A stretch of 64,000 bases of DNA from Rickettsiales bacterium (GCA_044368015.1 JBIPLF010000004.1:246-64245); one strand, 5' to 3'. Positions 27,155 through 36,885 are shown, numbered from the stretch's first letter. The notes: generated by a model not told the origin, from the sequence alone. Numbers and translations: made by a program.

Positions 27155-28267
27155 CTATCGCTTCCGCTTGGCTTGCAGATGAAACCGCACGGTTACGGCG
27201 TCGGCCACCACTTCGGTGGTTTGCCATGCCCCCTGCCCCACCCCGAACGCATTGCGGGAAAGCGGCACTTCGCCGGAAACGAATGCATCGGTGGCGGTGT
27301 ATTTCTCCAGCACGAAGGGCAGCGTCACCGGCACGGTACGGTCACGGATGGTGAGTTTACCCTCTGCCTGAAACAGGTTTCCCCCCAGTTTGGTGATCTC
27401 GGTAGATTCAAAACGCGCCTCCGGAAACACCTCGCTGGAGAACCAGTCCGCCAGTTTCAGGGTGCTCATCACTTCGGGGTTCAGGGCTTCCAGGCTGTTG
27501 ATATCCACCACCACAGTGATTTCGCTTTGATCCAGATGCTCCGGATCAAATGCAATATCATAATTCACATTGCGGAAACTCCCCAGCACCGGAGCGTTGT
27601 TCTGTGTTGCCACAAAGGCGAGCTCGCTATGCTCTTCCTGCACCTCCCAATGCGGCAGCTTGCGGGATTCCCCCGCGATAGAAGTCAGTGGAAACAGCGC
27701 CCACGTTACCAGCAGCATTTTCAGCGGCAGCATCCGCCGCAGCACGCCGTCTTTCAGCATCGCGTGATGGTAAAGTGCCGCCAGCACATGCAGATGGATC
27801 AACACCAGTAGCCCCCATGCCATCAGCTCATGTGCTTCGCCAAACAGCTCCTGCGCTTCCTTGGATGGCGCAAATAACAGAGGCAGGGTAATGCCCCAAT
27901 TGTACAGCGCCACGGGAAATCCGGCAGCGGTGGAGAGCAGATAACCCGAAAGTGGAATGGCAATCATGAGTCCATAGAGCGCCCAGTGCGCGGCATCCGC
28001 AGCCTTGCGTTGCAGTGGAGCCATGCTGCTGGGGTGCGATGGCACCACCGAAACTACCCGCCACAGCAACCGTGCAACGGCGAGCGCCAGCAGCAACATG
28101 CCTGTTGCCTTGTGCCAGCCGATTAGCGCCAGTTTTTGCGGCCCGAAGGGGAGGTCTTCCATATAAATCCCCACCGCCAGCATGGCGATGATGGCAATCG
28201 CCATACCCCAATGCAGGAGCATGGCGATCCACCCATAGCGTAATTCAGAGTTATTGAGCTTTATCAT
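27155..28267 (-). CDS. cytochrome b561-family membrane domain fused to a YceI-like domain
   Basis: The N-terminal half has four TM helices with conserved His (LLHWGMA..., WHKATG..., HWALYG..., LHVLAALYHH). The C-terminal half is YceI-like (VDINSLEALNPEV...FPEARFEST...GKLTIRD). ATG 28267 is preferred and overlaps the yceI stop. Confidence 0.75.
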   Translation of the reverse strand: MIKLNNSELRYGWIAMLLHWGMAIAIIAMLAVGIYMEDLPFGPQKLALIGWHKATGMLLLALAVARLLWRVVSVVPSHPSSMAPLQRKAADAAHWALYGLMIAIPLSGYLLSTAAGFPVALYNWGITLPLLFAPSKEAQELFGEAHELMAWGLLVLIHLHVLAALYHHAMLKDGVLRRMLPLKMLLVTWALFPLTSIAGESRKLPHWEVQEEHSELAFVATQNNAPVLGSFRNVNYDIAFDPEHLDQSEITVVVDINSLEALNPEVMSTLKLADWFSSEVFPEARFESTEITKLGGNLFQAEGKLTIRDRTVPVTLPFVLEKYTATDAFVSGEVPLSRNAFGVGQGAWQTTEVVADAVTVRFHLQAKRKR

Positions 28268-28856
28268 TGGCTTGTTCCAGTTTCTCGCCTTGCAGATTGC
28301 CTTCCACTTCGATATCCAGATGCACCACATCACCCACACCGGGTGTGCCATAGCTCATCCCGAAATCCGAACGTTTGAAGGAGCCGGTTGCCGAGAATCC
28401 AGCCGTTGAGCGCTGCGAGAAGGGATTCTTGCCAATTTTATTCAGCTCCACCTGCAACTCCACCGGTTTGGTAACGCCAAGCAGGGTCATGTTCCCTTTC
28501 ACCTCGGCCTTGCCCTCGCCGGTCTTCTTCACCCCGGTGCTAACAAATTTCGCCTCCGGCATGGCGGCGACGTTAAAAAAGTCTGCGCTTTTCAAATGTT
28601 CGTCAAATTTCGGGATGCCGGTCACGATGCTGGCGGTTTTGATGAGCACCTCCACCGAGCTTTTTTCAGGGGCGTCCATATCCAGCGTGAACTTTCCGCT
28701 GACATCCGCGAACTTCCCGGAAGGAGAGGAAAAACCAAAATGGTCGGCCTTCCACACGACATTCGTATGGGTGGGGTCCAGCTCATAGGTAAAGCTTTCC
28801 GCCGAAGCGTTAAAAGCCAAAAGGCTAACCATGAAAGAAAACAACAGGATACGCAT
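28251..28856 (-). CDS. yceI: YceI family periplasmic protein
   Basis: Signal peptide MRILLFSFMVSLLAFNASA, then YELDPTHTNVVWKADHFGFS...GKF and a YceI-type beta-barrel pattern. GGAGG lies upstream of ATG 28856. Confidence 0.85.
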   Translation of the reverse strand: MRILLFSFMVSLLAFNASAESFTYELDPTHTNVVWKADHFGFSSPSGKFADVSGKFTLDMDAPEKSSVEVLIKTASIVTGIPKFDEHLKSADFFNVAAMPEAKFVSTGVKKTGEGKAEVKGNMTLLGVTKPVELQVELNKIGKNPFSQRSTAGFSATGSFKRSDFGMSYGTPGVGDVVHLDIEVEGNLQGEKLEQANDKAQ

Positions 28857-29206
28857 AGAAGGACCTCCAAGAGTGGTGAAAACAACACGCTCCCTTACGC
28901 ATATCAGGAATACGGGAAAAAGGAACACAACTTTTGATTGATATTTCGGTTGCTCGCACCATATAGTTGAGTGCACCACAACCAGCAGGAAGCGACGTCT
29001 ATGCTACGTGCCTTTGTTTCCCTCACAATGCTGCTCCTAAGCCCAGGCGTCCTGCTGGTTGTGGCGCTCACGCGCCTGTTTTGCCGCAAAAGCCCGATGC
29101 GCGACAGCCCTGCTCCCACTCGCCGATGCAACCCGACGCCACGGCGTGGTTTTATAGCCGTTAGCCAGTAGCCTATTCTTAACATTCCTGCGCTATCCTC
29201 CTGAAG

Positions 29207-30418
29207 GTGAGCGCAGAGATTCCCACCACATGGAAGGACGCCGTGGAGCGGTTTACCGCCTTTCCCGATGCGCACACCCGCGAGGCTCTGGCCACCGCCT
29301 ACACGGATCACACCACCCGGCATCCCACCGATGCCCATCGCCATCTGCTGCATTACCTGCGGATGCGCGTTACGAACGAACCCGCACAACGCTATCTGGT
29401 AGAAGGCAGCCTGTCCAACCACGTCATTGCGGAACATCTGGCCCCTGCCATTCTGGTATTGGCGGAGATCACCCAAAATGCCGCTCCCTCCGTGCAGGAG
29501 GCCCTGAAAGCGGGGGAGAAAGTCCATCTTGTCAGCAACGAAACCCCTCTCAGCCATCGCATGGCACCGGCGGGGATGAGTCATTCGGACAAACACCTGC
29601 TGGGTCTTTTCTTACCGTATGATCTAACCTCACCGCTGGTCGCCATTCAGGCGCAATTCACACAGGAAGCGCCCAATAAGGAGCTACCGGATCTGCGTAT
29701 CTCACACATGCTGACCACCCCGCCGCAAACGCTCAAACAACCCAACACCTGCTACTTCTACTCGATCAGCAATCTGGTGATGGATCGCAGCGATGTCCCT
29801 GAAGCGGTGAAGAAAACCAAAGCCTATCACGAACTCATTATCCGCTCGGCGGAAACCCTTTCCGGCCATTTGGGGGAACCTGCTCCAAAAGGCTTGCCTG
29901 AGGGGCTGAAACCGGTTCAAAACCACGGCATTGAACGCGCCTGCACGCTCTCGCCTCTGCGCTCCACCCTGCAAGGTCAGGAAGGATTTGCCGAATGGAT
30001 GCACGCACATCACCCGGAGATTAAAACCGAGTACCTTCAGCAATCGCCCCATGCCGCCAAAGCCTGGGGGCTTTACTATCTGGGGCAGGAAGGCATCAAG
30101 GGGAGCAACACGCCGAATTTGGTCGCGCATATCCACTGCAGAAATGGCGCGGAAGTCAGAGGGTTTATTCCGGGCGCCGAAGATACGGAGCAGGGCAAAC
30201 GGGGAGCCGCCGGCCTGATGGTCTCCTATGAATACCCGCTGGACGAACGCACAAGGCGTCAGAATCAATCGGTATACCGCACAAAAAGCGTTCCCGTTTC
30301 ACGAAGAGCCGAACAGGAAGACCAACTAGCGCGGGATCACATGCACGGCGAAGCAGGCAAGGGACTCCCCCCCATTGCCGTCACGCTGCAAGAGAACAGA
30401 AAACGGCTCAGTGCATAG
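29207..30418 (+). CDS. divergent malonyl-CoA decarboxylase (MCD) family protein
   Basis: FYSISN, TLSPL and HCRNGAEV...GLMVSYEYPLDE...NQSVY resemble the conserved MCD motifs (FYSISN, TLSPIPGF, FHLGNGA...GIMVNYLYxL...NHEAY). The rest is highly divergent. GTG start. Confidence 0.5.
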   Translation: MSAEIPTTWKDAVERFTAFPDAHTREALATAYTDHTTRHPTDAHRHLLHYLRMRVTNEPAQRYLVEGSLSNHVIAEHLAPAILVLAEITQNAAPSVQEALKAGEKVHLVSNETPLSHRMAPAGMSHSDKHLLGLFLPYDLTSPLVAIQAQFTQEAPNKELPDLRISHMLTTPPQTLKQPNTCYFYSISNLVMDRSDVPEAVKKTKAYHELIIRSAETLSGHLGEPAPKGLPEGLKPVQNHGIERACTLSPLRSTLQGQEGFAEWMHAHHPEIKTEYLQQSPHAAKAWGLYYLGQEGIKGSNTPNLVAHIHCRNGAEVRGFIPGAEDTEQGKRGAAGLMVSYEYPLDERTRRQNQSVYRTKSVPVSRRAEQEDQLARDHMHGEAGKGLPPIAVTLQENRKRLSA

Positions 30419-30431
30419 GGAAAAAACAGGC

Positions 30432-30508
30432 TGGCGGTCCCGGCGCGATTCGAACGCGCGACCTTTAGATTCGGAATCTAACACTCTATCCAGCTGAGCT
30501 ACGGGACC
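30432..30508 (-). tRNA. tRNA-Arg (anticodon CCG)
   Basis: The reverse complement ggtcccgtagctcagctggatagagtgttagattCCGaatctaaaggtcgcgcgttcgaatcgcgccgggaccgcca folds as a 77-nt cloverleaf. It has a 7-bp acceptor stem, GTTCGAAT T-loop and encoded CCA. Confidence 0.9.
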
Positions 30509-30545
30509 GCAGAGGGCGTAGTCATACACAGTATGCGGGTGGCTT

Positions 30546-31007
30546 TCAACCCTTCTGCATCACGATCGCATCCACAGGCTTACCGCCCTGCCGATAATAG
30601 CCCGTGCGGCGGGCGATTTCCTGAAATCCACATTGTTGATAGAGCACGATCGCCGGTTGATTGGTCACGGCGACCTCCAAAAAACAACGGGTTTCCGGGT
30701 GCCTCGCCTCCATTGCCGCCAGCAATTGCCGGGCGATCCCCTGCCGCTGCTGCGAGGGATCGACCGCCAGAGTCAGAATCTCCACCTCATCCAGAAGGGC
30801 GCGGTACAAGAGAAACCCAAGCGGTATCCCCTCACGCTCTGCCACCAGCAACACACTTCCCAACTGCGCCGCAAAACGCTTGAGCGCCGCTGCGTCCCAC
30901 GGGTCGTCCGGCATCGCACGCGCATGGAGCGATGCGAGGAACGAAAGGTGTTGCGTGTCCTCCAGGCTGCGGATGGTAAAAAACTCAGGCATGGGATGGA
31001 AATACAT
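30546..31007 (-). CDS. rimI: GNAT N-acetyltransferase, RimI-like
   Basis: Acetyl-CoA site LAVDPSQQRQGIARQLL and C-terminal LYQQCGFQEIARRTGYY, typical of ribosomal-protein-alanine acetyltransferases. Confidence 0.65.
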   Translation of the reverse strand: MYFHPMPEFFTIRSLEDTQHLSFLASLHARAMPDDPWDAAALKRFAAQLGSVLLVAEREGIPLGFLLYRALLDEVEILTLAVDPSQQRQGIARQLLAAMEARHPETRCFLEVAVTNQPAIVLYQQCGFQEIARRTGYYRQGGKPVDAIVMQKG

Positions 31008-31199
31008 GTGGCATTAACACTATCTCCTTTGAAACGCGCTGTGACGAGGAAAGCGTGCGAAGCAAGCGCCCGCAGAACCGGAATGTACATTTTGGTACAT
31101 GAGGATTTGAGGACAATTGCGCCAAGCAGATTTCCCGCCACAGTAGCGTTACGAAGGAGATATATTGACTTCTTTCCTGTTTAGGGCGGGTATAGGCTC

Positions 31200-32990
31200 A
31201 TGTCTATCGCCCATTCATCGCCTACGGCTCCTCTTGTTGCGGCCACGCTGCCGCTGCTGATGCAACAGATCTTCTCCGGCCGTGCCGATCAGCTTACCGA
31301 GGCCGAAGCCGAAATCACCCGTTTGCTGGCCGCCCATGGCGACGACCCCGACTTGCTCCATGCCTGTGGATTGATTCACCAACAGCGCGGCGAATGGTCG
31401 CAGGCGCGTGAATGGCTGGAACGTGCGGTAGCACTCCTCCCCCAGCACCCTGCCTATCGCTGCAATCTGGGCGCGACACTCCGCAAACTTGGCGAGGTGG
31501 ACGCCGCGATCGCCCAGTATCAGGAAGCCATTCGTCTGAAGCCGGACATGGCCGACGCGCATTTTAATCTGGGTAATGCCTACCGCGAGCAGGAACATCA
31601 CCGCGAAGCCGCAACCGCCTATCAGGCCGCGCTGGCCATCAAGCCCGACTATCTGGGCGCGCATAACAATCTGGGATTGAGCCTTGGGGCATTGGAAGAC
31701 TGGCAGGCTGCATCGCAGCATCTGCTGATTGCCCTGCAACATCGCCCGGAACTGCTGGAAACACGGGTGATGCTGGCCTCTGCCCTGCGCGAGCTGGGCA
31801 GTACGGAACGCTCCCGTGAGCAATGCCATCTGGCGCTGCGCTATGATCCTGCCTACGTGCCTGCACATCTGCAACTAGGCGCCATTGAGCGCGAAGTCGG
31901 CAATATGGAGGCCGCCAAGACGCATTTCAATGAGGCCTTGCGGCTGGACCCCGACTCGGTTTCCGCCCATTACCATCTGGCGAGCATCACCAAAACCACC
32001 GAGGAAGATCGCCCTCGCCTGCAGCATCTGGAGGCCATGAGTACGGATACCACCCTCACCGTGCGTGCCAAAAGCAGCCTGCATTTTGCGCTCGGCCGCA
32101 TGTATCACGACCTCAAGGAATACGAACCCGCCTTCCGGCATTATCAGGAGGGCAATCGCGTCTACCGCACGCTCTTAAACGTCGATCGCGCCGCCTATAC
32201 CCGCTTTATCGACGGGCTGATCGCCACCTACACGCCGGAATTTTTTGCCCGCACCGCCGGGTGGGGCAGCGACTCACACATGCCGATTCTGATTGTGGGG
32301 ATGCCGCGATCCGGCACCACGCTGGTAGAGCAGATCATCTCCAGCCACTCGCAGGTGTTTGGTGCGGGCGAGCTAAACGCCCTGAACGCCCTGCACCGGC
32401 CGATCGCCAAACTGATTGGCTCACCCGACGAACCCTACCCCAACTGCATGGAACATCTAACGCCTGAAATCGCGCAGAGCCTTGCCCAGACCTATCTCGA
32501 CCATCTGCATAAGCGCTCCGGCGGGGCCGAGCGGGTGACGGATAAAATGCCCGCCAACCTGATGAATCTGGGACTCATCGCCACGCTCTTCCCCCGTGCC
32601 AGTGTGATTCGCTGCATGCGCGATTATGAGGATAACGCCCTTTCCATCTTTTTCCAGAAATTCGCCACCGGCAACGAATTCGCCTTTGACCTAGCCGACA
32701 TCGCCTTCTGGTTTCAGGAAACCAATCGCCTCTATGCGCACTGGAAGCAGGTGCTACCCATCCCGATCTTTGAGGCCCATTACCGGCAGATGGTACGGGA
32801 ACCGGAAGTGCAAGCCCATGCGCTGCTGGAATTTTGCGGCCTGCCCTGGGAGGATGCCTGCCTGGATTTCCAGCACAACACCCGCAGCGTCCGCACCGCC
32901 AGTGTGTGGCAGGTGCGTCAGCCTATCTACACCAGCTCGCTGGAGGGGTGGAAACGCTACGAGCCATGGCTGGGTGGGCTGTGGGAATAG
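31200..32990 (+). CDS. TPR-repeat protein with C-terminal sulfotransferase domain
   Basis: About 8 TPR units (AxxxYxxAlxlxP periodicity), then a PAPS-binding 5'-PSB motif VGMPRSGTTLVEQ. Confidence 0.8.
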   Translation: MSIAHSSPTAPLVAATLPLLMQQIFSGRADQLTEAEAEITRLLAAHGDDPDLLHACGLIHQQRGEWSQAREWLERAVALLPQHPAYRCNLGATLRKLGEVDAAIAQYQEAIRLKPDMADAHFNLGNAYREQEHHREAATAYQAALAIKPDYLGAHNNLGLSLGALEDWQAASQHLLIALQHRPELLETRVMLASALRELGSTERSREQCHLALRYDPAYVPAHLQLGAIEREVGNMEAAKTHFNEALRLDPDSVSAHYHLASITKTTEEDRPRLQHLEAMSTDTTLTVRAKSSLHFALGRMYHDLKEYEPAFRHYQEGNRVYRTLLNVDRAAYTRFIDGLIATYTPEFFARTAGWGSDSHMPILIVGMPRSGTTLVEQIISSHSQVFGAGELNALNALHRPIAKLIGSPDEPYPNCMEHLTPEIAQSLAQTYLDHLHKRSGGAERVTDKMPANLMNLGLIATLFPRASVIRCMRDYEDNALSIFFQKFATGNEFAFDLADIAFWFQETNRLYAHWKQVLPIPIFEAHYRQMVREPEVQAHALLEFCGLPWEDACLDFQHNTRSVRTASVWQVRQPIYTSSLEGWKRYEPWLGGLWE

Positions 32991-33150
32991 TTTTTTTGCA
33001 TTCCTTTGCTATTTTGTCACACTTCTCCGTTAGGCTTGCCTCTTAGTAGGCGGTTGGAGCGAGTAGCAGGTGCATGATGCCACCTGTTATTTTAGAGTGT
33101 GGCGGTGAGTGTTAATGATTTGCTATCTATTTGGTGGTTAGTGTACACAG

Positions 33151-33870
33151 ATGTCAGGGACCATAGGTAAACGAGCGAAGCCGAAAGGCAAAAAGCGCCT
33201 AAGCAATATCGGTGGACCGCTGGATGAACAGCGGAACTGGTATCAGGATCGCTATCAGTATGCTCTGGTACAGCGGAACGTGCTGGCCATGGTTGCGCTC
33301 CTTTCGTTGTTTATTGCCTTGTTTGCAGCCATTACCTCTTCGCAGCTATCGCCGCAGAAGTCGGTGAAACCCTTTATTATCCAGATTGATGATAAAACCG
33401 GGATTACGCAGGCCGTTGACCCTCAAAAGTATCAGGAAATCAGCGCAAATGAGTCATTGAAACGCTATTTCATTGCCCAGTATATCCGTGCCAGAGAAAC
33501 CTACGATCCGGCAACCAATTCGCACGACATTGAATCAGTTCGGGTCATGTCATCACCGGAAGTGTTCGAGGGGTACAAGGAGTATATATCGCCCAAAAAC
33601 CCGGAAAGCCCGGTCAACCTCTTTGAAGATAAATCTAAGCGGGTGATTCGCTTTAAATCTCTTACTTTCCTGATGCCAGACGTCGCACAAGCCCGCATCA
33701 GCGCGGTTGTGCAGGGGGACAAAGAGCGTAAATATCCAGAGGAGCACCGGATAGTGGTCGTAAAATTTGAGTTTGTTAAACTTGACCTGAATCTGCAGGA
33801 GCGGTTGATTAATCCTCTCGGATTCAGGGTTGTCAGTTACCGCGAGAGCGAGGAGATCATATCCCAATGA
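33151..33870 (+). CDS. virB8: type IV secretion system protein VirB8
   Basis: WYQDRYQ, a single TM helix and YFIAQYIRARETYD are VirB8 family signatures. AT-richer than the flanks. Confidence 0.85.
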   Translation: MSGTIGKRAKPKGKKRLSNIGGPLDEQRNWYQDRYQYALVQRNVLAMVALLSLFIALFAAITSSQLSPQKSVKPFIIQIDDKTGITQAVDPQKYQEISANESLKRYFIAQYIRARETYDPATNSHDIESVRVMSSPEVFEGYKEYISPKNPESPVNLFEDKSKRVIRFKSLTFLMPDVAQARISAVVQGDKERKYPEEHRIVVVKFEFVKLDLNLQERLINPLGFRVVSYRESEEIISQ

Positions 33871-34697
33871 AGCATCTCATAGCCATTTGTCTGTCGGTTC
33901 CGTTGCTTTTAGCAGCCCAGCTCACGCATTCTGCCCACGCGCAGGAGATGCTGCTCCCTGCTGTTTCTGCTCCGGTTGTATCGGATAGCCGTATTCGAAC
34001 GCTGGTGTATAACCCAAACGAGGTATACAAAATCGTTGCCCACTACGGGTATCAGTCCAACATTGAGTTTGGCGTGCGCGAAGATATCCAGACGATTTCC
34101 CTAGGCGATCAGGTAGCATGGCAGGTAGTGCCATCCGGACGCTTCCTGTTCATTAAGCCGATGGAATCGCAGGCTCGCACCAACATGACTGTGGTCACTT
34201 CCAAGCATGTCTATCAGTTCGATTTGACCGCTCGCCCGGCAGAGAATGCAGTAGACGAAGAGCTCTCTTATGTGATTCGCTTCTTTTACCCAGAAGCCGG
34301 CACTCAGAACCCAACTCCAGCGCCATCCTATGCCGAGCCTGCACTCCCTCAGCCATCTGCACCGCTTGCGACCAATATCGCCATGGCGTCCCCTTCGCCC
34401 TCTCCAGCGATTGGTGGGGGGACCCCTTCCTACAATTTCCAGTACACGCTTTCGGGCCGGACCGCTTTTGCACCCGAACGGGTGTTTGATGATGGTACTC
34501 ACACTTATTTTCAATTCTCCAGCGGCACCATTCCTCAACTTGCAACCGTGGATGCGCAGGGCAAGGAACAACCCCTGCAATACAATGATACGGGGGATTA
34601 TGTCGTTGTCCCCACCGTCGCAAGCCAGTTCACGTTGCGTTATGGCGGCGGTTTGGTCTGCGTCTTTAACGAAACCATGCAGCCGGGCAGGATGTAA
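33867..34697 (+). CDS. virB9: type IV secretion system protein VirB9
   Basis: Signal peptide, then IRTLVYNPNEVYKIVAHYGYQSNIEF...TNMTVVTSKHVYQFDL (VirB9/CagX/TrbG pattern). ATGA overlap with virB8. Confidence 0.85.
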   Translation: MKHLIAICLSVPLLLAAQLTHSAHAQEMLLPAVSAPVVSDSRIRTLVYNPNEVYKIVAHYGYQSNIEFGVREDIQTISLGDQVAWQVVPSGRFLFIKPMESQARTNMTVVTSKHVYQFDLTARPAENAVDEELSYVIRFFYPEAGTQNPTPAPSYAEPALPQPSAPLATNIAMASPSPSPAIGGGTPSYNFQYTLSGRTAFAPERVFDDGTHTYFQFSSGTIPQLATVDAQGKEQPLQYNDTGDYVVVPTVASQFTLRYGGGLVCVFNETMQPGRM

Positions 34698-34702
34698 TCG
34701 CC

Positions 34703-35893
34703 ATGGTAGACTCCCCTCCAGAATTTGACGCCATAGAGCAGGAAGAGGATTCCTCCTCGCTTGATAAACGCAAAACGGTTGTTTCTGCGGCCCCCAATCG
34801 CACGTTGTTGATTCTTGCGATCGTCGGTGCCGCGTTTATTTTCTTCCTGTACCTGATCTTTAGCGGCGGGGACAAGAAGGAAAAAGAGCTGGTGGATGAC
34901 GCACTGAAGGCACAAAAAGTAGGCGATAAAGACGCAGACGCCTTACCTCCGCCTATAGCAGCCCCTCTTCCGCCGCCACCGCCGCCGCCGCCACCGCCGC
35001 CGCCTCCACCGCCGCCGGTTTCTCCGGATCAGGCTGGCTTTGATGCTGTGGATCCGAATTTGGATGCACGTCGGGCACGTCTCAAATCTGAAATGATGGT
35101 GGTGGGCGGATCCATTTCTGATAAAGCCTCCAAGGCATTCTCCGGTAAATCGGAAGATAAAAAGGAAGTCGTCTCCACCCCAGACGACCCCAACAGCAAA
35201 TTTGCGGAATCGGTCTATAAAACAGAGGCCGAGCAGGCTGAAGCCACCAGTATTGGCGACCTGGATCGTACCATTGCCGAAGGCAAGGTGATTGATATTG
35301 TGTTGGAAACAGCGATCAACACTTCGTTACCCGGAACGCTGCGCGCCATTGCTGCCCGCGATATTTATGCAGAACAGGGCCGCAATATCCTGATTCCAAA
35401 AGGGTCGCGGATGATTGGCAAATACAACACAGCGGTACGTCGTGGACAAAACCGTGTCTATATTGTGTGGACACGCCTCATCCGTCCGGATGGCATCGAT
35501 GTCCCCATTCAGTCGGAGGGGACCGATCAGCTCGGTCGCTCCGGTACAGAGGGCATTGTGGATGCAAAGTACATGGAGATCTTCTCCAGCGCGCTACTGG
35601 TCAGTGCTGTGACCATCGGTGCGGCCTACGGGGTGGAACAGATTGTGGATGATCCTCAAACCACGCGCCGCCGTTTCAGTGATGGTAGCAGCGAACAGAA
35701 CGGCTCGCCCACTGCCTTAGCGGCTCAGGACAATCTGGAGCGTATCGGCAAAACCGCCACCTCACTGATCGAAGAATTTATTGATCTACGACCGGTGATC
35801 CATATCCCTCAGGGCACGCAGATGAAAATCTTCGTAAACCGGGATCTGGTATTTCCAGAGAGCATCCTGAACCGTGTGCGCGTGATTCCATGA
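34703..35893 (+). CDS. virB10: type IV secretion system protein VirB10
   Basis: N-terminal TM helix, 16-Pro tract, and a C-terminal TrbI/VirB10 barrel (GKVIDIVLETAINTSLPG...ILIPKGSRMIGKY). Confidence 0.85.
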   Translation: MVDSPPEFDAIEQEEDSSSLDKRKTVVSAAPNRTLLILAIVGAAFIFFLYLIFSGGDKKEKELVDDALKAQKVGDKDADALPPPIAAPLPPPPPPPPPPPPPPPPVSPDQAGFDAVDPNLDARRARLKSEMMVVGGSISDKASKAFSGKSEDKKEVVSTPDDPNSKFAESVYKTEAEQAEATSIGDLDRTIAEGKVIDIVLETAINTSLPGTLRAIAARDIYAEQGRNILIPKGSRMIGKYNTAVRRGQNRVYIVWTRLIRPDGIDVPIQSEGTDQLGRSGTEGIVDAKYMEIFSSALLVSAVTIGAAYGVEQIVDDPQTTRRRFSDGSSEQNGSPTALAAQDNLERIGKTATSLIEEFIDLRPVIHIPQGTQMKIFVNRDLVFPESILNRVRVIP

Positions 35894-36885
35894 GTTTTAC
35901 TGCTCTTGAAACCTACCTTGCGCCACTGGAAGCCCTGTTTGCGATGGAAGGGGTGACGGAGATTTCCATTAACCGCCCACTGGAAGCCTGGGTGGAGCAA
36001 TATGGGGAGATGTCTTACCACGCCATTCCGCAATTTGACCTCGACCATCTGAAATCGCTCGGCCGCCTGATTGCGCAATCCACCGAACAGATGATCAGCG
36101 AAGAACGCCCGCTGCTCTCGGCCACACTTCCGGCCGGGTTCCGTATTCAGGTGGCTTTCCCACCCGCATGCGAGCCGCGCACGGTGTGTATGTCCATCCG
36201 CAAACAAACCATTCTGGATTTCGATCTGGATAGGTACGAAGCGCTGGGTGCTTTCGAAATGACCGCCGTCAGCAAGCAGGACAATAAGGTAGACCTTGAG
36301 CTGCGTGATCTGCTCAATAAGGGGGAAATCAAAGCCTTCCTGATTAAGGCGGTGCGGGCACGCAAAAACATGATCATCAGCGGTGGTACTTCGACCGGTA
36401 AAACCACCTTCCTCAACGCCGTGCTGAAAGCCATTCCGGAGAAGGAACGCATCATCACCTGCGAGGATGCCCGCGAGGTAGAGCTAAAACATATTCCCAA
36501 CCGCGTGCATCTGTTGGCCTCACGCGGGGATCAGGGGCGTGCTCAGGTGACCATGCAAGATCTCATCGAGGCCTGTTTGCGCTTGCGTCCGGATCGTATC
36601 ATCGTGGGTGAGTTGCGCGGGAAGGAGGCCTTCAGCTTTCTGCGGGCCGTGAATACCGGCCATCCAGGGTCCATCACCACCATCCACGCCGATGCCCCCA
36701 TGCTGGCGATTGAGCAACTGGTGCTGATGCTGATGCAGGCGGGTATGGGCATCATGCGTGATCAGATTATTGCCTATGTAAACAACGTGATTGATATTGT
36801 GGTCCAGCTGAAACGCGGCGATAAAGGACGTCGCTTCGTGTCCGAAGTGTTCTTTAACGATGGACTGCAACAAGGATTTCATTGA
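35890..36885 (+). CDS. virB11: type IV secretion ATPase VirB11
   Basis: Walker [54 protein letters not shown]. Confidence 0.9.
   Translation: MSFTALETYLAPLEALFAMEGVTEISINRPLEAWVEQYGEMSYHAIPQFDLDHLKSLGRLIAQSTEQMISEERPLLSATLPAGFRIQVAFPPACEPRTVCMSIRKQTILDFDLDRYEALGAFEMTAVSKQDNKVDLELRDLLNKGEIKAFLIKAVRARKNMIISGGTSTGKTTFLNAVLKAIPEKERIITCEDAREVELKHIPNRVHLLASRGDQGRAQVTMQDLIEACLRLRPDRIIVGELRGKEAFSFLRAVNTGHPGSITTIHADAPMLAIEQLVLMLMQAGMGIMRDQIIAYVNNVIDIVVQLKRGDKGRRFVSEVFFNDGLQQGFH

Noticed and set aside
28971-29171. 66-aa ORF (hydrophobic segment plus basic tail) in the yceI / MCD-like spacer
   Set aside because: It may be a small membrane protein, but it has no RBS, no homology that I can recognise, and it lies in a GC-rich spacer. 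The support is not sufficient to call a gene.
31165-31196. TTGACT ... TATAGG as a sigma-70 promoter for the TPR-sulfotransferase gene
   Set aside because: The spacer is 20 nt, too long for a canonical -35/-10 pair. The implied transcript would also be leaderless.
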